64,000 bases of DNA, from positions 1 through 64,000 of the forward strand of contig JAHLWZ010000664.1 in the NCBI GenBank assembly GCA_020536535.1, in the 5' to 3' direction. The position numbers were made by a program, and so were the translations under genes. Below are positions 23,001 through 36,419 of this stretch, piece after piece. The notes under the pieces were generated by a model. That model did not search any database. It saw nothing but the letters and a program-made list of their open reading frames with translations, and was not told the DNA's origin. The DNA is from Pelomyxa schiedti. Lineage: Eukaryota; Protista; Evosea. The first letter of the stretch is position 1; each line of letters starts with the position of its first letter.

Positions 23001-26000
23001 CCAAAACTGCCGAGTATAGTGCGGTGCTTACTTTGCACGCAACAATTGTGAAGCTTCTGAAGGATAGCCCACACCATCGACCCGAGTTCGTTCCTCCAGA
23101 GGGTTTGGCCCCCTCTGACCTCAAGCAACTCTGGATGAGTCTCGAAGAGGCTGAGACTAACCGTGAACAATTCCTAACTACGGAACTTAAGAGACAGGAA
23201 CGACTCAACAGCATCCAGCGTCTCTTCTTTGAAGAAGCCGGAGAACTTAGTGCCTGGGCTGAAGGGAAAAAGCATTACCTCGAAGTAGTTGTCGCAGTGG
23301 ACACACTTATCAGTGCCCAAATACAGATGAATCTTATGGAAACGTATGAGGACGACTACAACGCATCGAAGAAGAAAGTTGAAGACTTACGAAAGAAGCA
23401 TGACGATCTGGTAGCAGATAACTTCTGCAAAACGGATGTGAGTGAAAATCAACTGTAAACTTGTTACAAACCATTACGCAGCTTGTCAAAGAGAAGATGG
23501 CAGCAATTGATGCATCTTGGGCCGAACTGGCCCAGCTTGCCGCTGACAAGAAAACCAAAATCGAAGAACAACTGAGCCTTGAACAGCGGAAGGAGGTTTC
23601 AATAAAAGAAACAATTGAAGAGTGGTAACATAACTAAATAGGAACAACGACTTGACTTCGCCCTTCTAGCTAAAAACTTCAAGGAATGGGTTCTCCAGCA
23701 ATGCGACAAGGCAGCTGGTACAGAATTTGGAGAGGGTTTGAAAGCCGTTGAAGAATTTGCCAAAAAGCTTGAGCACAAAAACAAAAAAGTCAATGATGGT
23801 GCCAAGGAGAGATTGGAAGAAATTCATGAAAAACTACACTCTATGGAGGAATTGGGAGTTACAGACAACGTTCATACCTCCATAAAGAGTGAGGACATTA
23901 CTGCTTTACATCAGAAATTGCAAACTGCTCTTGCAGATCGTGAGGCCAAGTAAGAGTTTGAGTCTTCTGAAAGGGGATTAACTGTTTTTAGGTACAATCA
24001 AGAATTAGCCAAACAGCAAGCAATGGAAAATAAAAGAATCGAGTTCGCAAATGCAGGGCTAGAGTTGGTGGCTTACCTTGTGAATGAACTTAAAGCTTTC
24101 GACGAAATGAGGGGAGAACCCGAGCCCCTTACTGAAGAAATAAAGCTGAGGTACAACAATGGCGAAAAGGCTGCAGCAATGCTCGCTCATTGCAACGAAA
24201 TTTACGCTGTAGCTTTAAGAATGGAAATCACAGAAAACAAGGTAAATACCCGTGAGTGTAATCTTGTTCTCATTTCATTTAGCACGCCAAGCACTCAGTT
24301 CAGTCATTAGCCAGACAAGTCAACGAGTACAACAAATTTGTGAACAATTTCCTATCTGAATTGGACAATGAAAAGAATGAGAAAGCACTCTACACCGAGA
24401 AAGCTACGAAGTTAGTTGAATGGGCCAAAACATCAATCGAAGAACTCGGTAGCCGAGCAATTGATAACACGCTCGCGGGGGCACAGGTTGTCCCTCCCAC
24501 AGTTGCTAAGTTTCTAAGATCAAACTCAGAGTAAGATCGGCGAATCCGCTGAATGGAAATCTGCAGTTAAAGCCCCGAAAGTTGCAGAACGTACCAGTGT
24601 TGAAGTTATCTTTGCCAAGGTCAACTCTATTGTTACGGTAGGTTTCTTCCCTCCCTCTTCCAGCTCATTTACACATGCAAGGTGTCGCCGCACCATCGTC
24701 CCGAATTTAATCCCGCTGAAGAAATTTCTCCCGCCGGGATTGCTGCGGTATTTGAGAATTTGGCTCAAGCAGAGAAAGAGCGGGAGGAATTCCTCACTAA
24801 AGAGCTCGAAAGACAAGAACGCCTCACCCGTCTAGCACGTGACTTCAATCTTGCTGGCGAGGAACTAAAGTTGTAGCTCTTATGGATTTAAGTAACTCAT
24901 TCGGTATATTTCAGGTCGTGGTGTCAGCAGAAGCAAGAGTATCTAGCCCATGCAGAGGTTGTGGATACTTTGGTCTCTTCCAAGATTCAACTGGACTTAC
25001 TTCAAACATTCTCAACCGAATACGCCAACAGCAAGGTTGAAGAAGCCCTCTTTTCTGGAATAACTCACAGTTCCGCAGGCCCAATTAACCAGTCTAGCCG
25101 CTCAATGTGACGAACTCGCTCAAGGAAACTATTGTGAAATCGATACGATCAAGAAATCACTTGAAGAAATGACTGCATTATGGGAATCTCTCAAAGAAGG
25201 TGAGGCAAAGAAACGAGACGATCTCAAGAAAGATGAGGAGCGCGAAGAAAAGAAAGAAGAAGAAAGGAAGGTACTGTTTACACAACACTTTTTCTCTCTA
25301 CTAACGGAACAAAGGCCTTTGCCAAGCTAGCCAGTGAATTCGACAGATGGGTTCGCGATGCTTGCGATAAGATTGCAAAGTATGCTTTTGGATCTTCACT
25401 TGAGGAAGTCCGCGCCTACGAATCGACGATGCAGGCCAATGACTCCGAACTCAAGGACGAGTGTGACAAAAGAATGAAAGCGATCAAAGAAGTCCAAGAC
25501 AAGATGACGGTAACTTCACTTCCTCCTTGCAGGGTTCTTAACATGAGATCAGGAGCTTGCTGTCCAAGACAACGTGTACACATTACTCGGAATGAAGGAA
25601 ATGGACGACCTGGTACACAGAGTGGAGCTCAGCATCGAGAACCGCCACAATGCCTACAAGGTCGAACTGGATAGACAAGAAGAGATGGAAAAGACCAGAA
25701 TTAAATTCGCTGAGCTCGTTACCCAATTCATTGAATGCCTCGACAAGGGCAAGGCTGCCATTGACGCCATCACTGGGGAACCAGAGCATAAAGAAGAAGA
25801 AATAAAGCGCGTCTATGCTGGCGGAGACGAACAGCGAGCCAAATTGGCAGACTGTGTGCAGCTTGATGCTGTTGCCAAGGAACTCAAGATCATTGACAAC
25901 AAGCACACTCAATTCACTCTCCCCATGCTCCGCGTCAAGATGGATAAGTACGAGAAGTACTTTGCCAACTCCATGGCCGCCGTCGAGCAAGAAAAGGTGA

Positions 26001-27370
26001 TGAAGCAACGCAAACTGGAGAGGGAAGCAGAGTGGGCACTCAAGGAGAAGATCGAGAGTCTTAGAAACGAGTATCAGAACGAGGCCCAAACTCTCAACCA
26101 GTGGCTGGACGGCGTTCTGGAAGCGCTTGCTGGCACACCCAAGGTCAGCAGCGAGAAAGAAGTCGACGACCTTGCGGCACAGCTTACAGCAACCTCCCAG
26201 GAGGTACCTCAACAAAAGGCGTTGTACGACAAGGTTGAGGCACTGGTTGGACAGCTGAAGGAGGCGGGTGTCAATGCGGATGATTTGGGTCATGCACGTG
26301 TTATTGAGAACTGGACCGCCTGCGGAGCAGCTATTGATGCTAGATCTCAGTGGCTCGCTAAAGAGAAACAAACTCAAATTACCCACTTCAAGCTTCGTAC
26401 TCAATATGCTGAACTTGCTGCCTCATTCCACAAGTAAATTCCTTTTGATTTTACCGTTTTCCTACTAATTCATTAATAGCTGGATGGTTGAACAAAAATC
26501 TGTTGCTCTTTCCGGCGAATTGGAAGTGCAACTTCAGGCCAGTCTTTCACAGGAACAGGTACTCTCAACATGCTTCCTCCAGCTAGATTTTCACCTTTGA
26601 CAGGCTGTGAGGACCAAGGGTGCTGAGTTTACCAAGCAAGCAGAAGCTCTGGACGCCTCCCTTGCAGAAGCCCACGTTGTTGGTAATCCACTTACCGTTC
26701 ACACCACGAAGTCCCTTAAGGTCGAGCTGGAGCAGCTCTTGGATGTTTTGGTGAGTACTCTATTTTACACTCGATCAAAACCTTAACCTCTGTGCAGAGC
26801 AAGAGGAGGGACCTTTTGGAGCGCCAGATCAACTCCAAGAAATTCGGTGGAGTTTCTCCTGAAGAGCTTGAAGAAATGAGCGCTCTGTTCAAGCAATTTG
26901 ATAAGGAGCACACCGGTCAGCTCCGCACATACATGTTCAAGGGAATCATGAACGCCCTTGGCGAGGAAATGAGGTTTCTTTTCCCTTTCCTATTTGTTTT
27001 CCATTCCATTCCTTCGTTCCACGCACCCGAACTATCACAATTCCACAAATTCCCTTCGATTCCCTTCCCTAATCTCGTACACAGTGACGACGAAATCAAG
27101 CGAGTGTTCGATTCCATTGATACCAACCACGACGGGTTCCTGAGCTTCGAGGAATTCACCACGTTCATGACCAAGCGCCGCACGGACACCGATTCCAAGG
27201 AGGAAATCATCGCGGCGTTCCGCGACATCACCAACGGCAAGGACTCCATCACCGTCAACGAGCTGTCATCGGTGATGCCACGCGAGCAGGCCGAGTGGCT
27301 GGGAAGCCACATGCCGCAGAAGGAGGGCGGGCTGGACTACACCGCTTGGGCTGACCAGGCTTTCATGTGA
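20028..27370 (+). CDS. Giant alpha-actinin/spectrin-like actin cross-linker (2 CH domains, ~14 spectrin repeats, EF-hands)
   Basis: CH1: MSLHDRSWIDIQRR|TFTKWFNAHL...LILGMIWMIILRF. CH2: LLYWCQKKT...SWQDGLAFCALIH...DERSVMTYL. Repeated helical units follow, then EF-hands DKEHTGQL and DTNHDGFLSFEEF. Confidence 0.9.
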
Positions 27371-27607
27371 GGAAAGCCTAATACTATGTGTATTGCTTCC
27401 CTCCCACTGGTCAGTGTTTGTGTTTTGTTAGTGTGGAATGGTGTTTGTGGACTACCATTCCCTCGTTGGTATTTCTTTTTAAGAAAATGAAATTAATGAA
27501 AGAATTTCTTCTTTTTCTTCATCAAGGGACAATTTATTTTAAAATACATTGGTCTCAGAACAAGAGGGACTTGGACTGTTGTTGGAGGTAAGTGTTATTG
27601 TTTACAA

Positions 27608-28920
27608 TCAGGGATAGTTATGTGGACACTTTTTGTGGATGATGGAGGGGCCTTTTTCCGTGTAGTCGTCGTGGGATATCCATATTTGTTGGAATGTACA
27701 GAGGGATGTGATGATAGACCCACCAATCCAGCACAGGTACTTACGCTCTGGTGGTGTGAATACTTTAACCCTCAAGGCTGATGGTGCGAACTCAGCTACA
27801 CCTTTCTGAAGGCGTTCTGATAGTCCCGGGAACATGGAATTTCCTCCGGATAGTACAATGTTACCATACAGGTCCCGGCGAATCCCAATATCGGCCTTGG
27901 CAATTGAGGTGTAACAGGCTTCAGAGAATCCGGGTGATTCTCTGTGTACAAGAGAAGGCTGGAATAGGGCTTCAGGGCAGGTGAATCGCTCCTTCCCTAG
28001 GGTTACTGTATTGCCATCCGGTAATTGATAGGTCATATCGAGGCAATGGGGGGACTCGGTGGTCTTGTTCAATTCTGTTTGGAAATCTGCGGCAACGTAG
28101 CATAGCTTCTGCTTGATGTCCCGCAGTACTTCATTATCAGCCGGAGTTGTAAAGGAATATCCGCGTTCAGTGAGCATCCTTAGCAAGTATTGAGATAAGT
28201 CGCAACCAGCAAGCTCCATCCTTGTAACGGTACCTTCGATCGCCTCACCCTCATAGATAGGTACAAAGTGCGTAATCCCTCCGCCGGTGTCCACAACAGT
28301 TCCAGTGGTTTTTCCAGAGGCGTAGAGTGCCAACACTGCCTGCCAAGTCAAATACAGTGCAGGTGCAGCGAACTTCTCGAACATAATCTGGGCAATCCTC
28401 TCCTTGTTCTCTTTTGGGCCCGGAGATTCCGCAATCAGTACAGGGTAATCCTCTGGTATCACATGCAGCTCGCTAGAGTAGATGTGTCGCCACAGATGTT
28501 CCATGTCATCCCAACTGGTCACCATTCCTCGTTGAACTGGGTAGTTGAGAGTAAGGGTGGCTCTGTTTGACCAGGCCTCGTCCCCAGCATACACTGTCTT
28601 TGCACTACTTGTTGTAGGTATCCCCGAGTGTCCAACGACAGTCTTTCGTATCGTTCAAAACAGGTTACAATGCGTTATTAATATTTGTATCCATCAAAAT
28701 TATGTATTACTACACGAAAAACACAGAAACTGTAGAAGAAAAGAAAATAAAAATAAAAAAAAAGTAGAGAGAAACAGGTATCAGTTGGTACCGGGAAAAC
28801 ACCCCTTGGTGCGTCGTCACCCGAGAAACCGGCCTTTGTTGTAGCTGAGCCATTGTCCACCACAATCCCACTTGGTCTCTGGTCCGAACTCCCACACTCC
28901 CATTCTGACGACGCCGACAT
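27608..28920 (-). CDS. Divergent actin-like protein (one intron)
   Basis: Actin motifs [63 protein letters not shown] and PPERKY..WIGGS. Confidence 0.92.
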
Positions 28921-29657
28921 TCGATTCTATGCGATAAGCTGATCCCTCCCGTCCTTTCAGTCGCCAACGGGTTTTTGTTTTTTCGTTGTTGTTGAAGTTC
29001 GGCTGTCAGCTGCACCCATAATGTCGGGAGGTGAGCTCTCGGTAGAAAATTCGAGTGGGAGTGGTGAAGAAAAATTACCGGCGCAGGGCCAGGCGCATAA
29101 CGTTTTTGTCATTCGCCTTTTACTAATGAGCAACCGTGCTCCTGGTCGTCATCAAATGCGCTTTGATCACGTATTTTTGTAAGTGCCCCTTCACGGGGCA
29201 TGCAATTACTAATCAAAAAAACTGCTGGGGGTTTTGTTGCTTTTATGCGTCAAACACAACCCACTTGGCTCAACAACCAGTTATAAGTTTATCCATACGT
29301 TTCCCCACTAAGTTGTGGGTGTGCTGTAACTCACAAGCAATGTGCTGAAGTACACAGCGTAGTGTAGTTGCTCTTGGGTTATCTGGCAACAGAAAACTTA
29401 CAGTTGTTCGGGTACTTGCTTGTCTGGGACATTCGCGGTAGGGGAAGAAGACGTTGATGTTCCCAAAAAAAGCAAAAAAAAGAACCCACTTTAATTGAAG
29501 AGACTTCTGCCAAGCGAAAAGAAAAAAATCAACAAAAAGCCACCCTTCGAAGTACACGTCAAGGCCCTCCACGAGTGGTTGACTTCATTTTTCCAAAACA
29601 AACAACAACCGACCACCACAAGCAGGTAACCACTTGCTGCAACATTTCATCTTGGGA

Positions 29658-30630
29658 ATGAATACTGTTATGGACTACATTTATGGATGGAAGTGGGAAG
29701 AGGGAGTGACGCCATTGTCATCGCGGTATTTCACTCTGACCGTGTTGGTCTCTTATCTGGCTGTTATACAGTTTTATAGGCTGGTGTGGGGTTTTTTTTT
29801 TTTTTTTTATTTTTTTTTTTATGTTGTAATTTTCCGTTTTGTACTTACAGATTTTTTAGTTACCAGTGAAACCTCTGGAGCTGAGGTGGCTATCAAAGGC
29901 CTACAACGTTTACCAAGTTGTGTTTTCGGCTATTGTTGCGGTGCTTACGTCGGCGGCTGTTATTGACAAAGCTTTCACTGAGGGCCCCTACTCGTTGGTA
30001 ACTTACTTATTTTCTGTTACTCTCTTTTTCTTTTCGAACTTACCTGAAACTAACGTACTATAGTTTTGTGAACGTGAATCGGGGTCTCTGAGTGGCCCAT
30101 TGGGACTCTGTGTCTACACATACCACCTCAACAAATACGTGGAATTTATGGACACATTCTTCATCGTAGCCCGCAAGAAGCCGGTGATATTCCTTCACCA
30201 GTTCCACCACATTATCATTGTGATAGCCACCTGGACCTGGCTATGGAGCGGCCACGTTTCCGGCGCAGCCTTCTGCACCTTCATCAACTCGGTCATCCAC
30301 TTCATGATGTATTACTACTACTATCAGTGTGACCAAGGATTCAAGCCAACCTGGAAGCAGCTTCTTACCACATCACAGATAGTACAGCTTCTGAGCGGGC
30401 AGGTGCTGGAACTGGTATATGCATTCACGGCACCATACCTAATGTGTGGTGCTCACCCTGCTGGGGTGTGGGTGGCCATTCTGGTCAACACACCCCTCAT
30501 AATGCTGTTTGTGAACTTCTTCAGGAAACAGTACATACAGACAAAACGACCCCCTTCACACAGAGACAAGGGCACACCCGATAGCTTTACTGTTAAACAC
30601 AGCAACGAACAAACTATCAAGACAGACTGA
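29658..30630 (+). CDS. ELO/GNS1-SUR4 fatty acid elongase
   Basis: Motifs KYVEFMDTFFIVARKK, FLHQFHH (histidine box), NSVIHFMMYYYY and TTSQIVQ; two introns. Confidence 0.9.
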
Positions 30631-30754
30631 GGGAAACCAAATTCACAACCTCAATGCATTAACTTAACAAAGAAATTGAACCCCCTCCATGCTCTCTCAT
30701 TTGAGGATTTTCTTTTTTTTGGCCTTATTTATAAGTGGTGTTGTAACTTGTGGA

Positions 30755-33700
30755 CTATGAATCAAAGGGGTTGATGACTGTGATGGCGTGGAGGTGAGGG
30801 GGCACAAGGGCACCGTCTGAATCATACCCCCCGAATGTGACTACGGTTGCGGGCCCAGTGAGAACAGAGCCGTGTGCGGCAACAGAGAAGTTGGGTGGGA
30901 GTTCTTGTTGTGCTTGTTCTGGTGGCGTCACTGCCGCGGCTGTGGAGGTTGTTGTTGTTGCTGTGGTTGTAGAAGATGATGGCGAGGGTATTGGGGATGA
31001 TGCGGTGGTGCCGGTTGTTGTGGGTGATGGCGGGCCGGTGAGGGCTCTCCTCTTCCAATGTAATGCGTCGATGAGGAAGGTTCCTTGTGGGCCGTTGTAA
31101 AGTATCTGGTATGATTGGTTTGAGTGCGGCGTTTAGAGGTGAATGAATTCGCTTACGAAGGTATATGTTCCCAGCAGAACCTTGTGCGCGATTCCCCGTG
31201 TCGGAAACACACGGAATTTTTCTGTTGCTTTGTATGGCATTGGGGGCATAGGATCACCGTATACTTTAGGGTAGCTCCAATGCCAATCTCCTGTATCAAG
31301 CATAACACAGTCAGTAAGAACGGATCGGCCATCACAACCTAAAAAAGGAATTAGGGTAACAAAAAAAAGTGATTGATTGAAGGCTTACCACCAAGAAATA
31401 CAAGTTTGTCCCCTACACAAACGGCGCAATGCTGAGCTCTTGGGGGCGGGGAGTCTCCGTGGAGAGTTGGAGAAGACCAGGAATTATCTGCAAGTGATAG
31501 AACATGAACATCGTTCAGGTACCGGTAGTTTCCTTCCTCACAAACTGCACCCCCAAAGACAACAATACATGTCCCGTTCTTACACAGAGTTGCAGTGTGC
31601 CCGGCACGTGGTGGAATTCTATTTGAGGTTAGGGATACTTGAGCAAAAGAAATAAACCTGTTTGTAGTCAAGTTGACTAATGACAATTGCCCACTGGAGA
31701 AATCATAGCATTGTACTTCTTCATACTGGCATTGCGAATCCCAGCCTCCGATGAGATAGGCCTGGAGAAGGAAATAAGGAGGTTTTCAGTTGGGATGAAT
31801 CAAAATTGCCTTCGATTCGGAGATTTGGGTCATAGTGTGACCCCATCTTGGTTTGGAGACCCAAGGCAAGTCGGCCTCAGAGGGTGAGGCAACTCTATGT
31901 ACCCAAGCAGAGCTTTGGTTGTAGAGAGATATCCACGGTTGTGTCAAGGACTTCTCACCACTTTAAGAGGTAAGAACAATGGAAAAGAGGGAGCGTGGTA
32001 CTCAGGTCCTCGGGGTGTGCCACCAGACAACGCTATGCATTGCCCATGAGGTGTATTGGGAACGAGAGTCATTGCAACCCAGGACCTCGACGAAGGTGTG
32101 GTGCCGGTGTGGGGGAGTATGCTGTGAGTAATGTATGCATGGTTGAATATCTCTTTCCTTGAAGAAGGCATGACGGGGGAAGTGAAGTACTCTTTGGGTG
32201 TTGCTGTTATTTGTACTTCCCAACTACGGGTAGTTGGGTCGTAGAGAAGTGTATACATCATCTATCTTGGATATCAGAAAGGAAGAACTACAAAGCGGAA
32301 GCACCTGACCAACTGGAGTATCTGCAATATACTCAATAAGGTCGACTGGTGGTTCTTTGAAGTGTTCCAGAAAATGAAGCCTAAGAAGGTGAACATTCCT
32401 TTTTTTTTTTTATAACCAAGTACCTTATTCTGGCTGAAAACTTTGAAACATTTTCAGGTAGTTTTCCTGTAACTTGAAACGGTTCCTTGGGAAGCTCTTG
32501 TTCTGGGGTTCCGCCTATTTGTACTTCCACTCGAGAAAAAATTGTGGCAGGCATGCTGGCGATATACGCATCAACTCCACTACAACAAGGTCATGACGGT
32601 GAAGAAAGAAAGGAAGTAGTTTGCATACGTTACATCCAGTGTGTAATTCCCAGAAATGATGGAATGACTGACAACAACCCGGCGTTGAAGTAACCAATTT
32701 GGAACAGGAATTCCCAGTAGTTTCATAACCCCTCCCATCACTTTGTGCATTTCAGGACTGATGAAAAATAGTGTGGTGGTGAACCTGTGTCACATTTGGC
32801 ATGTATGCGGAGAAAAGCTCTATCATCCAAAGGCGTTCGTTGGAGGTTCACGATAACGAGCTTTCCTTAATAATCGTAAGATACCCCAAAAAGGTAGACA
32901 AACAAAAAGAGGTTGCACCTGATTTCGACGTTATCTTCGGCATTTTGCATGCAGGTTGCACAGTAAGACTACTCCCAAGAACCAGATGTAAATCTGGGAA
33001 AGTTGTTTGTTTGTGAACCAAAGTGTATTACATCTCACCAGCTGCCATAGAGTGTTCGTACGCAAGTTCTAATGGTCTATGTGGTAAATCCTTTGGCATT
33101 TTAGAACAAGGAAGTTTGTACTGGGGTTTTTTCACAAACCTGGCCGAAGTCAATTGTGCTGTTCATCAACCTTCCTCCACAATGAGGGACATCGCAGTAC
33201 CTTCCGGTAAAATGATCACGACCACGCTTAATGCGAAGGCAGTGGAAATCTCGTAGATACTCGAACCCTAGGAGGAACTCTTAGGAAAGGCCCATGCGTG
33301 GAGCGAGGAGAGGTACCACAGGTTTCGCAAAATTCTATGTTTGAGTTACCATGTAACTCGGAGATTTGGTTGGGGTTAACTCCAGATCGTCTGTGCAATC
33401 CATCACAGTTTTGGCTGATGAGGTACTATCAATTGTGAGTGCCGAATCTTTGTTCCCAAAAGTAAAAGAAAAGGAACCTTTAGAATGCCAGATCGTAGAA
33501 GTTGCACTATGGACATGTGAGTTACTGTTGGGATAGCCTTGAATGTTGGGGTAGTTGGTTTATCACGGGTACGGTTCTGCGCTTCCAGAGTCCACTTGCC
33601 ATCTGGCCCACTGGGAAGGAACATGAGGACGCAAGTTAATAGCACGTTTGTAGTACCGGAAGTCAGGTATCCCTGCCGAAGTGCTGACACCAGCTCCAGT

Positions 33701-33846
33701 GAAAATAACAAAATTTCTGTTGTGGTGGACAACAGTGAGAAAAAAAAAGTTAGAGTGCATAGCAACTTGCTGGCTTTAATAAGTTCCACAAGTTGCTCGA
33801 TTTTTTGTTGAAGCACCTCTGGTGGGTCTTCAATTTCCCTCATCAT
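30755..33846 (-). CDS. Class IV (SIRT6/7-like) sirtuin fused to C-terminal Kelch repeats
   Basis: Sirtuin motifs [45 protein letters not shown] and IVNLQRTP. An in-frame spliced path continues into Kelch motifs PRWGHTM, YLIGGWD, PPRAGHTA, VVFGG, YLNDVHVL and PRAQHCA. Confidence 0.75.
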
Positions 33847-34171
33847 TTCTGTAGGCGGTCAATCCAATGCATTCCAGCACACAACGAATACAAAAAAACA
33901 TAGAAACCAGGGTCAGTGTGGGCGGTGTGTGCCATCTCTTGTTTGCGTTAACACGTGTCTCCTCGCAGTGGTGTGTGGACCGTTGGGTTTTTTTGTTAAA
34001 ATGAAAACCGAAATCTTAAGTTGTAACGAAAAGGTGCAGGGGAATTAAAGTGACAATTGCCACCAATTGACCCACCACTTGCAGCAGCTCAGCACCAAGC
34101 TGAGACATCGATTCACAGATCGTGATCAGTTGCACATAAAGATTATCTACAATCAAGCAATTAATTTCGCA

Positions 34172-35593
34172 ATGAAGAACCACGGGGCTACACCCTCGGC
34201 CGGATCTGCGTTACGGTCTTCATCCGGATCTCCATCTCTGTCTAAAGCCTCGTCACTGTTTAAACCAACCACCACAGCGTCATCCCAAGAAGCGACAACT
34301 ACGGCAGTGACGACTCCGAAACCAACAGCGACTGTAACTCCGAGTCTTGTGCCCCCGGGCGATGGTGCTGTTGTTGTTGCTGTTGGTGTTCACGCAGCGA
34401 CGCAGAGCGGCGTCGGCAGCGGGAGCGCGAGTGCGGCGGAGGACGTTGTGGCTGTGATGAAGCTGCCAGCGCCCGCGAGGATTGACAACGAAGAGGAGCT
34501 TAGGGAGCAACTGAGGACAAACGCATTGGACGCTATTAACCACAGACTGCCTGCTGCAATTCTGCAGTTACACAAGCTGTCGACCGTGCGTTTTGGGCTG
34601 GAAATTATCTCCCTTTTCTTTCAATGTGGAGTTCCCCCATTAATGGTGCATGTAGACTGACCCAAGACTATCCATGACTGTGGCGGAATTCGACAGGGTC
34701 CTGGCTTCTCGCCACCCGGACTTCTTTGCCGCATTACAGCAACCCTCAACAGCAGTAAAACCAACCGAAGAATGTGATGAAGGTACCCTTGCAGGGTCAA
34801 AACGAAAAAGAGGTAAAGACCCTTACTTGCACTGAATTTTCTTTATTTTATACTTCAAGTCCCTTTTTTTTTTCTGTGAGTTCTAATGATGTATTATTGA
34901 GAGGAACAGAAGAAAGTAAGCTCGGATTGTGTACTGCCACAACCTCCAGTATTCTCGCCTTCTTTTGTTGTTGGTATTTTATTTACTGTTCCTAAGGAGA
35001 TAATACAAATGCATACGCTGCTGAAAGAACTCCTTCTTGGTGTAGTAGAACTCATGCAGGTACTTGCTCTGCCCTGCCCTCCCTGCCTGCCCAATTTATT
35101 GTTGGCTCACGATTACCGAACAACCTAGGCAATTAAGCTCTGGGTCAGATTGAATGTACCAAGGATCGAGGATGGCAACAACTTTGGTGTTGGTATACAA
35201 GAAGAAACCATTGCTGAAGTGAAGCGAGCTGAAGACCATGCCTGGGGTGCAGGGGATTCCTTCCTTGATTATCACCTCATCAGGGCCAAGATGGTTACAA
35301 AGGTTTGTTGTAACTAACCAACACTGACCGCGGTAGCTTTTGATTTCTTACTTTCATACAGTGTGCCAAGTCTCCTGGCACTGTAGAATTCCGGCGAGTA
35401 CTTCTTGAACACGATAGAAAGGAGTGGACGAACATTCGGTTTTTAATCACTGAAACAAGGTTATTCCAATTCGCTCCATTGTGTAACTAACCCCTGTAGG
35501 AACAACTGTGCCGTGGTACAAGACATGATTGTGAAAAACATGGAGAAAATCCAGGCACCAAGGCAAAGTTCTCACATGGAGAGCCTATTTTGA
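34172..35593 (+). CDS. PSME3: Proteasome activator PA28/REG subunit (PSME3-like)
   Basis: Activation-loop motif IKLWVRLNVPRIEDGNNFGVGIQEE and C-terminal DMIVKNMEKIQAPR. Confidence 0.85.
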
Positions 35594-35706
35594 GCCCAGT
35601 TGTTCATGAGTAGAAATTCAACAACGTTGTTTGCTAGCTCATACTGTTGCGTTCGTTGTTTCCTGCGTTATCATGCAAGCCTGAGGGTTTTCAAATTTTG
35701 AGTACA

Positions 35707-36237
35707 ATGAAACTGAGAGTGTCGTCGGTGCCTCCGTCGGCCGGATGCTCCAAGGCCACGAAGCAGCAGATGCCCCATGGACCACTACATCAGCCACCCG
35801 GGGGTGCGTGCACCAAGTCGCCCGTCGTCATCCGCGACTCGGAGGAGGACGAGCGAGCACGACCGCAAGTAATGTGCAAGAAGGAATACGGCACTACGCC
35901 CATCGGCACGTCACGGAGCGGCGAGCCTGTTGTTGGGTTTGCTGTGCTCACAAACGGCAACGTTGTGCTCACGACGCGAGGCGGGGGCGAGTTCGTCGCA
36001 ACGAGGGAGGACGTCGCGGCGCTGCGGCCTGAGTTCTGCCTGAACAACTACATCGACTCGTGTAGAATTGCAATTGCATTGAACAAGTTGTATGGCGACA
36101 TTGACCTCCTGGGCACTGGGCTGCTCATAATGAGAGACTTAAACGTTATCATGGAACTGATCTTTTGGGGCCATAGAGCTGTTTCTCTTCTGCCAAGAAC
36201 AAGTACCACACCAAAGGTCTTTCTTTTCTGTTTATAG
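35707..36237 (+). CDS. Hypothetical protein, first exon; weak resemblance to the start of an Ulp1/C48 protease domain
   Basis: ORF contains VATREDVAALRPEFCLNNYID. I could not identify a catalytic triad and the downstream exons are unresolved. Confidence 0.3.
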   Translation: MKLRVSSVPPSAGCSKATKQQMPHGPLHQPPGGACTKSPVVIRDSEEDERARPQVMCKKEYGTTPIGTSRSGEPVVGFAVLTNGNVVLTTRGGGEFVATREDVAALRPEFCLNNYIDSCRIAIALNKLYGDIDLLGTGLLIMRDLNVIMELIFWGHRAVSLLPRTSTTPKVFLFCL

Positions 36238-36419
36238 CTATAACTAACACACACAGACTTGGCCGAGAGATAGAAACTCATTCTATGGTGCCACAATATC
36301 ACTGCACCCGCATGACCCGGAGTTCTGTGTCATTTTTGGGGAGTCTTGGCATAATCGCCATGTGTTCTTTTCTGAGTTTCCAGTAAGAATTTGCTCACAA
36401 AAGAATTTCTTCATCTAAC

